Assembly: GCA_041736305.1 (NCBI GenBank)
Contig: JBGSTX010000017.1
Coordinates: forward strand, 1-13,367
Direction: 5' to 3'
DNA length: 13,367 bases
From: Oligoflexus sp.
Lineage (GTDB): Bacteria > Bdellovibrionota_B > Oligoflexia > Oligoflexales > Oligoflexaceae
The notes beneath the pieces were generated by a model that worked only from the letters and a program-made list of their open reading frames with translations, did not search any database and had not been told where the DNA came from. The translations under genes and the position numbers were made by a program. Below are positions 6,307 through 13,367 of this stretch, in pieces (within the stretch, counting starts at the first letter, position 1; each line of letters begins with the position of its first letter).

Positions 6307-6353
6307 GCGTGTCCCGACTGTTTTCTGTAGATTTTCGACGAGGCTCTGTACCC

Positions 6354-7958
6354 ATGCGCATTCAATCCAAAGTGGACTGTTCGAGCGAACAATTTCGCAG
6401 CAACCATGCCTATCACCTCGCCCTTCTCGAGGACCTCCAACGCCGCCTGATGACGTATGAGCAGGGAGGGGGCCCAGCGGCGCAAGAAAACCTTAAGCGT
6501 CAAGGTAAGCTCTCACCGCGCGAACGCATTCGTCTGCTTATCGACCCTGAGAGCGAATTCCTCGAGCTTTCTACCTTGGCCGGATTCGAACTCTATGATA
6601 CCGACGTGCCCTCCGGCGGCATCGTTACGGGTATCGGCACAGTCTACGGGCGCCCCTGCATGATCGTCGCCAACGATCCCACCGTCAAGGGGGGGACCTA
6701 CTTCCCTATCACCGTTAAAAAGCATCTGCGGGCGCAGGAGATAGCCGAGCAGAACCATCTGCCTTGCATCTACCTCGTCGACTCAGGGGGAGCCTTCCTG
6801 CCGATGCAGGACGAAGTGTTTCCTGACAAGGACGACTTCGGCCGCATCTTTTTCAATCAGGCGAGGATGAGTTCGAAGGGTATCCAACAGATCGCTTCCG
6901 TCCATGGTTTCTGCACCGCCGGCGGCGCTTACATCCCGGCTATGTCCGATCAAAGCGTCATCGTCAAAGGCACGGGGACCATATTTCTCGCGGGCCCACC
7001 TCTGGTCAAGGCAGCCACGGGCGAGGAAGTGACGGCTGAAGAACTAGGTGGAGCTCGGGTTCACACCGCGACCAGTGGCGTTGCCGATCACATGGCCGAA
7101 AACGACGAGCATGCGCTGCAGATCGTGAGGCAAATCGTTCGCTACCTCGGCAAGGCTCCTAGCTCGCCAGTCAAGCTTGCAGCCCCTGAAGAGCCGCTCT
7201 ACGATTCCGAAGAACTGCTGGGCCTCGTCCCCAAAGAAGCACGTAAGGCCTACGATAGCCGCGAAATCATAGCGCGAGTGGTAGACGGTTCGCGCCTTTT
7301 TGAGTTCAAGCCGAATTATGGCACCACTCTAGTTAGCGGCTTCGCTCACATAGCGGGCATTCCCGTCGGCATCATCGCTAATAACGGCGTTCTTTTTTCC
7401 GAAAGCGCTCTCAAAGGCACCCATTTTATTGAGCTCTGCACGCAGGAGCACATTCCGCTCCTCTTTCTCCAAAACATCACCGGTTTCATCGTCGGTAAAA
7501 AATACGAGCACGGTGGCATCGCCAAGGACGGAGCGAAACTCGTTCACGCCGTGGCGAATGCGCAGGTGCCTAAGCTGACACTCATCGTCGGCGGCAGTTT
7601 CGGCGCCGGTAACTACGGGATGTGCGGCCGTGCCTACGACCCGCGTTATCTCTTCATGTGGCCGAATGCAAAAATATCTGTGATGGGCGGTGAGCAGGCC
7701 GCCGACGTCTTGGCGACGGTCAAACTCCAGCAGTTAGCGAAGCAAGGCAAAGTCCTGGGTGAAGGCGAAGTGGCGGATATTCGTCAGCCGATCCTGGCGA
7801 AGTACGAGAAAGAAAGCTCAGCCTACTATTCAAGTGCCCGGCTTTGGGACGATGGGATCATAGATCCCCGTCGCACGCGACAGGTCTTAGCGATGGCGCT
7901 AGCCAGCACGCTGCACCACTCCTGGCCCGAGACCAAGAACGGTGTCTTTCGGATGTAA
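6354..7958 (+). CDS. liuB: 3-methylcrotonyl-CoA carboxylase beta (carboxyltransferase) subunit
   Basis: MCC-type motifs [45 protein letters not shown]...[38 protein letters not shown]-terminal GVFRM. Start moved to ATG 6354 (GAGG at 6340-6343). 534 aa. Confidence 0.9.
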   Translation: MRIQSKVDCSSEQFRSNHAYHLALLEDLQRRLMTYEQGGGPAAQENLKRQGKLSPRERIRLLIDPESEFLELSTLAGFELYDTDVPSGGIVTGIGTVYGRPCMIVANDPTVKGGTYFPITVKKHLRAQEIAEQNHLPCIYLVDSGGAFLPMQDEVFPDKDDFGRIFFNQARMSSKGIQQIASVHGFCTAGGAYIPAMSDQSVIVKGTGTIFLAGPPLVKAATGEEVTAEELGGARVHTATSGVADHMAENDEHALQIVRQIVRYLGKAPSSPVKLAAPEEPLYDSEELLGLVPKEARKAYDSREIIARVVDGSRLFEFKPNYGTTLVSGFAHIAGIPVGIIANNGVLFSESALKGTHFIELCTQEHIPLLFLQNITGFIVGKKYEHGGIAKDGAKLVHAVANAQVPKLTLIVGGSFGAGNYGMCGRAYDPRYLFMWPNAKISVMGGEQAADVLATVKLQQLAKQGKVLGEGEVADIRQPILAKYEKESSAYYSSARLWDDGIIDPRRTRQVLAMALASTLHHSWPETKNGVFRM

Positions 7959-8025
7959 ACCGATTACGAAAGACCAGTTTCCGACTTCAATCATCGATTA
8001 ATGATTTTCTTTTCCGGGGGGTATT

Positions 8026-9828
8026 ATGAGTCAGACGAAGAGCATACGCATAGGCAATGCCGGCGGCTACTGGGGAGATGATCCAGGGGCTTTGGAGCGC
8101 CAGGTCATGGGCGGACGCCTCGATTATATCAGCATGGATTTTCTCGCCGAAATTACGATGTCCATACTCCAGAAGCAGCGTCTCAGCGATCCTAGTCTCG
8201 GCTACGCTCGCGATTTCCTGAGCATGCTCAAATCAGTCCTCCCCAAACTCATGGCAGACGGCACCAAGATAATTACGAACGCTGGCGGCGTCAATCCTCA
8301 CAGCTGCGCGGAAGCTATCGCACAGGTAGCAGAATCTCTGGGCCTCAGCCCGCGCATCGCCATCGTCTTTGGTGACGATATCCTCCCCGATCTGGCCCGC
8401 TTGCAAAGCGAAGGCATCGAGTTTGCCAATATGGAAAGCGGCGGCGATTTCGCCCATGTGCAGCATCGGATTCAAGCCGCGAACATCTACTTCGGTGCAG
8501 CTCCCGTCGTCGAGGCTCTGAAGTGGGATCCACACATCATCATCACGGGCCGCGTAACCGACACAGGAATCACCCTCGCCCCCATGATTCACGCCTTCGG
8601 CTGGTCCCTGCGCGACTGGGACAAACTCGCAGCAGGCATCGTCGCCGGTCACATCATCGAGTGCGGCTCGCAGTCGACCGGTGGTAACTTCACCGACTGG
8701 GAGAGCGTGCCGAGTTTCGACAATATCGGCTATCCGATAGTCGAGGTGGCGTCCGATGGAACTTTCTTCGTCACGAAACACGAGGGAAGTGGCGGTTTAG
8801 TGAACGTCGATACCGTCCGGGAGCAGCTCTTCTACGAGATGGGCAGTCCAGGTGCCTATATCACTCCGGATGTGGTCGCCGACTTCGGCAGCATTCAACT
8901 CGAGGCCGCTGGCAAAGATCGCGTCCGCGTATTTGGGGTGAAAGGCTTTGAGCCGACCCCACTCTACAAAGTTTCTATGGCTTACGACGAGGGCTTTAAA
9001 TCGGTTGGCTCCATTATGATCTCGGGTCCTTCGGCCCGGAAAAAGGCCGAGGCATTTGCCCGTATTTTCTGGAATCGCTGTCCAGGTCCCTTTGCCGAAA
9101 CTCTGACCGAATACGTCGGCTTCAACTCCTGCCACCGCTCGCTCGTTCAGCGCGAAGACGGCAACGAAATTCTGCTGCGCCTCGGTGCGAGAGCTATGGA
9201 AGAGCGCGATCTTAAGCTCTTTGGTAAAATGATCCCTTCCCTCATCCTCAGTGGTCCCCCCGGAGTCGCCGTCATCGGCGGCGTGCCTAAGGCGCAGAAA
9301 GTCATGAGCTACTGGCCAGCTTTAATTCCTAAATACGCTGTCCACCCCGAAATCGCACTTTTTGAAAAAGGCCAAAAAGTCGAGCAAAGGACGGTTAAAG
9401 ACACGCCGATTGGCGATTTCAAAGCTCAAGATTTACCCATGCAAAGTGCCGAACGCACGAGCAAGACGATAGCCCAGGTCTTAGCCGAGCAAACGACCAG
9501 CAAGTCGCAAAAAGCCCTCTTTGAAATAGCTCTCGCGCGCAGCGGAGACAAAGGCGACACGGCAAACATAGGTGTCATGGCCCGTGACCCTGCAGCCTAT
9601 GCGTTTCTTGAAGAGTATTTGACGGCCCAGCGAGTTAAAGACTGGTTTCAAGAACTCTGTCTCGGTAAGGTGACACGCTACGCTCTGCCTCGTTTGCAAG
9701 GCTTCAACTTCCTTCTCGAAGAATCGCTCGGCGGTGGTGGTACGAAGACTTTGCGGATCGATGCCCAAGGGAAGACTTTTGCCCAAGCCCTTTTATCGCA
9801 AAAAGTACCCTACCCTGCGCGTAGCTGA
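8026..9828 (+). CDS. atuA: Acyclic terpene utilization AtuA-family protein (DUF1446 plus C-terminal ARSGDKG domain)
   Basis: 600 aa. IRIGNAGGYWGD, DFLAEITMSIL, TNAGGVNP, TGRVTD, AGHIIECGSQSTGGNF, EQLFYE, YITPDV, ARSGDKGD.ANIGV, D.QGK. Confidence 0.92.
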   Translation: MSQTKSIRIGNAGGYWGDDPGALERQVMGGRLDYISMDFLAEITMSILQKQRLSDPSLGYARDFLSMLKSVLPKLMADGTKIITNAGGVNPHSCAEAIAQVAESLGLSPRIAIVFGDDILPDLARLQSEGIEFANMESGGDFAHVQHRIQAANIYFGAAPVVEALKWDPHIIITGRVTDTGITLAPMIHAFGWSLRDWDKLAAGIVAGHIIECGSQSTGGNFTDWESVPSFDNIGYPIVEVASDGTFFVTKHEGSGGLVNVDTVREQLFYEMGSPGAYITPDVVADFGSIQLEAAGKDRVRVFGVKGFEPTPLYKVSMAYDEGFKSVGSIMISGPSARKKAEAFARIFWNRCPGPFAETLTEYVGFNSCHRSLVQREDGNEILLRLGARAMEERDLKLFGKMIPSLILSGPPGVAVIGGVPKAQKVMSYWPALIPKYAVHPEIALFEKGQKVEQRTVKDTPIGDFKAQDLPMQSAERTSKTIAQVLAEQTTSKSQKALFEIALARSGDKGDTANIGVMARDPAAYAFLEEYLTAQRVKDWFQELCLGKVTRYALPRLQGFNFLLEESLGGGGTKTLRIDAQGKTFAQALLSQKVPYPARS

Positions 9829-9840
9829 GAGGACCGAAAG

Positions 9841-11862
9841 ATGCAGAAGCTGAAAGAATTGAAAACGCGCAGCATTCGTCGAGTTTTTATTGCGAATCGA
9901 GGCGAAATTGCCCGACGCATAGCCCTCGGTGCTCACACGATCGGTATTGAATCCGCTGCGATTTATAGCGGGAATGCGCCTCCCGCTTTTCTCGAAGGCT
10001 GGGTGCAGCACTTCATTAAAGTGCCTGAAGAGTCTCCTGCCATCTACCTCGACTCTGATCTCATGGTGCAGCTGGCCTTGCAGAGCGGCTCTGATGCAGT
10101 GCATCCAGGCTTCGGCTTTCTCTCCGAAAACGCTTCTTTCGCCGCCAAAGTCGAAGCCGCGGGCCTAGTCTGGATCGGTCCATCCCCAGCTGCGATTGAG
10201 GCTATGGCATCTAAGGCAGCTGCGCGGGAGATTGCTAAACAAGAAGGTGTTCCCGTAGTCCCCGGCATCGAGCGTCTCACTCTCGACGACAACATCGACT
10301 CTAAGCTCCCCCTCGTCAAAGGTTTCGTGCAGGAGCACGGTTTTCCTATTCTCCTGAAAGCCGCACTCGGCGGTGGTGGCAAAGGCATGCGCGTCGTCCG
10401 CAGTGAAAGTGAACTACCCGAAGCGATGCGCCGAGCCCAATCCGAGGCTCTCAACGCCTTCGGCGATGGTTCCTTGATCATCGAACGCTACGTAGAGTAT
10501 CCGCGGCACGTCGAGGTGCAGATTCTAGGCGATAGCTACGGCACCGTTTACGCGCTGAGTGATCGCGACTGCTCGGTCCAGCGACGTCATCAGAAAATTA
10601 TCGAAGAGGCTCCAGCGCCTCAGTTGGGGCCAAAGACCCGCTCCAGCATGCACGAAGCTGCGGTACGCTTGGCTCAATCGGTAGGCTACAGTTCGGCTGG
10701 AACCGTAGAATTTTTGGTGGACTGGTCGGAAGACAAACGACAGCTCCCTGAGCAATCTTTCTATTTCCTAGAAATGAATACGCGCCTGCAGGTGGAACAC
10801 CCAGTGACCGAAGAGGTGCTCAACGAAGATCTGGTCGTCTGGCAGTTCCGTATCGCCCAGGGCGAAGCCATAGCCGATCGTCTCAATCTCGAACCGCAGG
10901 GCCACAGCATCGAACTGCGGCTCTATGCCGAAGATGCAGCGCACGGCTTTTTGCCGGCCCCAGGCCCGGTACATGGATTTCTGCCGGCGAATCTCCCCGG
11001 AATTCGCTGGGAAGTAGGTATCGATGCGATCGATGAGATCACCGCGCGCTTCGATCCCATGATCTGTAAACTGATCAGCACCGGCTCTGATCGGGCCCAG
11101 GCGATAGCTCGGCTCGAGGACGCTCTCAAAACAACCGTCCTAGCCTTACCGATCAGCAATGTCGCCTTTCTTCTAAGTGTGCTCCGACATCCCGCATTTG
11201 CCTTGGCAGCGCCCAGCACGCGTTTCATCGAAGATCACCGCAGCGAACTAGACGCTTGGATCGCTGGCGAAAGACAGCGTTGGGAAGCTCTCGTCCCCTC
11301 CCTCTGTCCCAACGACAGCCCAGCCGCAAGCGGAAGCAGAACCGAGCTCTCTGAGCTCACACAGCGTATTTTCCGCAAAAAACCCCGTAACGAAGATCTG
11401 CGGGACATCATGCTGGGAGAAACGCATAGCGTAGCCGTTCCCAGACGCTTTCCGCAGCGCCATAGCCGGGTGGGTCGCGGCTTATTCCGGCACAACGCCG
11501 GCTGGCAGAGCTTTGTGTTCTGTCAAAGTTCTTTTCCTGGTGGCTCTTTGCAATGGGTAGCGATAGACGGTCATCCTTTTATTCGTCAGAACAAAAGCGA
11601 TGAGCTTCTGGCTGCGGCGCGCACCCAGGCCAGCGGTAGCGCGATCAGCGCTCCGGTTCCAGGCAAAATTGTGAAGATCCTAGTGAAGGCTAAGGATGCC
11701 GTCCAGGAGCGACAGGTCGTCCTTATCCTCGAATCGATGAAAATGGAGTTTGAAGTGCAAGCCTCACGTGCGGGTCATATAGGTACTGTTTTGGTGCAAG
11801 CAGGGCAGCAGGTTCAAGCTGACGAGCAACTGGTGATTTGGGAGCAAGCACCGGACACTTGA
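9841..11862 (+). CDS. liuD: Biotin carboxylase-BCCP alpha subunit of acyl-CoA (probably methylcrotonyl-CoA) carboxylase
   Basis: 673 aa. IANRGEIA, HPGFGFLSEN, GGGGKGMR, RDCSVQRRHQK, EMNTRLQVEHPVTE, RLYAED, and a C-terminal biotinyl domain with SAPVPGKI and LESMKME. Substrate inferred from the neighbouring MCC beta gene. Confidence 0.88.
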   Translation: MQKLKELKTRSIRRVFIANRGEIARRIALGAHTIGIESAAIYSGNAPPAFLEGWVQHFIKVPEESPAIYLDSDLMVQLALQSGSDAVHPGFGFLSENASFAAKVEAAGLVWIGPSPAAIEAMASKAAAREIAKQEGVPVVPGIERLTLDDNIDSKLPLVKGFVQEHGFPILLKAALGGGGKGMRVVRSESELPEAMRRAQSEALNAFGDGSLIIERYVEYPRHVEVQILGDSYGTVYALSDRDCSVQRRHQKIIEEAPAPQLGPKTRSSMHEAAVRLAQSVGYSSAGTVEFLVDWSEDKRQLPEQSFYFLEMNTRLQVEHPVTEEVLNEDLVVWQFRIAQGEAIADRLNLEPQGHSIELRLYAEDAAHGFLPAPGPVHGFLPANLPGIRWEVGIDAIDEITARFDPMICKLISTGSDRAQAIARLEDALKTTVLALPISNVAFLLSVLRHPAFALAAPSTRFIEDHRSELDAWIAGERQRWEALVPSLCPNDSPAASGSRTELSELTQRIFRKKPRNEDLRDIMLGETHSVAVPRRFPQRHSRVGRGLFRHNAGWQSFVFCQSSFPGGSLQWVAIDGHPFIRQNKSDELLAAARTQASGSAISAPVPGKIVKILVKAKDAVQERQVVLILESMKMEFEVQASRAGHIGTVLVQAGQQVQADEQLVIWEQAPDT

Positions 11863-11882
11863 GCTTGCGACGCTGATGCGAG

Positions 11883-11905
11883 ACCTGCCGAAAGCAGGTA
11901 AAAAA
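11883..11905. other. Short hairpin followed by A-tract in intergenic region
   Basis: ACCTGC-cgaaa-GCAGGT (11883-11899) then AAAAAA. The U-tract is on the wrong side for an intrinsic terminator on either strand. Confidence 0.3.
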
Positions 11906-12029
11906 CCATCCCAACAGCGGCGGATCGTGATATCGTTCGTTCGAAGCTCAGCTGGACAATTTTCAGCGAACCATACACTATGACTGTACAATTTTCTCTA
12001 AGCACCATCGATACGAATAAGGAGCCTAT

Positions 12030-12968
12030 ATGCCATTTCAGACCTTCATGATTGAATCAGGGTTTAAAGTTTTGGCAATGGCACGCCTTGGCTCATGCGA
12101 ATACAGCATCGTTCTATATCTGATGAATGCCGCCGTTACGGGAATGCATGAACTTGTTACGACTGAAAAAGAATTTGCTTCGCTGATCGGTTATCAGGAT
12201 GAACAGCTGCAAGAGGCGATGCAAAACCTCATTCATCGTAATATTATTCACGTCAAAGTTCATGATCAGCATCAGCCGAAGGGTCGCCAATCGTTGCGAA
12301 TCGGCATGCAGTATAATGTTCATCTTTGGCAACTCGACTTTGACAAAGATGTCACCAGCCACGATGCGGTTGTTTTTCCCTTTAAACGTGAGTCTAACGT
12401 TCACTATCTGCAGCCTCGCGAACCCGATCTCACCCCGACCATTCGCCATCCGACCCCGACCTGGAAACGTATTCTCGACACCTATCTCGAAGGACGCGAC
12501 GACATTTCAGAGCAGGACATGCAAAACGCGGAGAGAGATGCCAATATTCTCGTCGACACGCACCCAGTCGATCAAGTGCTCATCATGCTGAGACACTTTG
12601 GCAATCGCGTGCCTACCCTCAGTCTGCTGGCCAGCGCCTGGCAGCATTATCAGACTCTCTTTGAAGAAGAGACCGACAAAGTCGATATTCAAGAGGCTCG
12701 TCACAAGCACATGGAAATGGATCATCGGCTCCGTGATGCGGCTGAGCTTCTCCTCCAGCAGCGGGATCAATTGAAGCTCAATGAGGAAGAGGCGGGTGTC
12801 TTAGATATTCTCTTCAAGCATCGTCATCCACGCCGCCAGCTCTTCTGGGCTTATCAATCACGAGGCCGCTATCCCAATCTCAAAGATTTCTTTGAGCAGA
12901 ACAGCTTCCTCATGTTGCCCGTAACCTCGTCGGGAATGGTTTTTAAACGGCGCCCTCACCAAGACTGA
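12030..12968 (+). CDS. Hypothetical protein with probable N-terminal winged helix-turn-helix domain
   Basis: 312 aa, strong SD TAAGGAG (12018-12024). The N-terminal pattern L..CEYSIVLYL...TTEKEFASLIGY..EQLQEAMQNLIHRNII fits a wHTH (T..E.A..IG......A...L...II). The remainder looks helical. Confidence 0.8.
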   Translation: MPFQTFMIESGFKVLAMARLGSCEYSIVLYLMNAAVTGMHELVTTEKEFASLIGYQDEQLQEAMQNLIHRNIIHVKVHDQHQPKGRQSLRIGMQYNVHLWQLDFDKDVTSHDAVVFPFKRESNVHYLQPREPDLTPTIRHPTPTWKRILDTYLEGRDDISEQDMQNAERDANILVDTHPVDQVLIMLRHFGNRVPTLSLLASAWQHYQTLFEEETDKVDIQEARHKHMEMDHRLRDAAELLLQQRDQLKLNEEEAGVLDILFKHRHPRRQLFWAYQSRGRYPNLKDFFEQNSFLMLPVTSSGMVFKRRPHQD

Positions 12969-13004
12969 AGGCAAAAGCCAAAGGCCAATGAAGGAATGAT
13001 TATC

Positions 13005-13301
13005 ATGATGCAGCGGCTTCTCCTATGCTTCAGCATGTCGTTTTTTCTCTGCTTCGGACTTGCCTGTCGAACCGCAGCAAGTGGCAGTGAGACGCAGATG
13101 CTTGATAACCCTGCCTACGATGGATCGGCGGAATCTCTTGACTCGCTTCCGGATTGCAGCCCCGAGTCGCTAGGTACCCTTTTTTGGGTGAGAGAGATCA
13201 AAACGGGTTTTGAGTGCATGACGGGCACGGGCTGGACCATTCGCAGCTTTAAGAGTCCTGACGATGAGAGCGCTGCGTCACCGGCCAGAGTTGTCGACTA
13301 G
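13005..13301 (+). CDS. Small putative lipoprotein with LPxC...G...V...C...W module
   Basis: Signal peptide ending FGLA-C, low-complexity linker, then LPDCSPESLGTLFWVREIKTGFECMTGTGW. ATG 13005 is best spaced from AAGGA (12991-12995); 12996 is the alternative start. Confidence 0.72.
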   Translation: MMQRLLLCFSMSFFLCFGLACRTAASGSETQMLDNPAYDGSAESLDSLPDCSPESLGTLFWVREIKTGFECMTGTGWTIRSFKSPDDESAASPARVVD

Positions 13302-13367
13302 TAGCAAAGTTCTTAGGAAGCAGAAAGCAGCGAAGCCCTTGGGTAGAACATCCGCATCCCATCGATC

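Noticed and set aside
6285-6353. TTG start extending the carboxyltransferase by 23 aa
   Set aside because: It overlaps the promoter and palindrome. ATG 6354 has a GAGG SD and gives a family-typical length.
7989-8014. AATCAT-N6-ATGATT followed by a T-rich tract between liuB and atuA, as a terminator
   Set aside because: The stem is almost all A-T and too weak; it may be chance or a minor attenuator and cannot be supported.
11872-11930. CTGATG...CCTGCCGAAAGCAGG as a c-di-GMP-I riboswitch, hammerhead ribozyme or terminator
   Set aside because: It lacks the GGCAAA/GACGCAAAG junctions of c-di-GMP-I and the CUGANGA core of hammerheads. An A-tract rather than a U-tract follows the stem.
13302-13367. 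Possible 3' end of a convergent minus-strand gene at the right edge
   Set aside because: Too short; no frame can be singled out or recognised.

Overview
Bacterial chromosomal window of moderate GC. A Bdellovibrionota/Oligoflexia-like origin is a guess from gene style and is not proven. The minus strand carries a general L-amino-acid ABC transporter operon (aapJ-aapQ-aapM-aapP, with aapP running off the left edge). Upstream of it lies a tightly packed cluster of four small, mutually divergent paralogous lipoproteins sharing a C-x29..32-C motif. A 540-bp divergent intergenic region holds a 61-nt, 28-bp hairpin whose only non-Watson-Crick pairs are G-U on the + strand (candidate ncRNA), plus several sigma70-like promoters. 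The plus strand then carries a DEDDh (DnaQ-like) exonuclease, an operon of methylcrotonyl-CoA carboxylase beta subunit, AtuA-family protein and carboxylase alpha subunit, an unknown 312-aa protein with a probable N-terminal winged helix, and a small Cys-pair lipoprotein. No mobile element, CRISPR array, tRNA or rRNA was seen. The best novelty candidates are the four-lipoprotein cassette, the hairpin RNA, AtuA sitting in the liuC slot of an MCC operon, and the aapJ upstream architecture.
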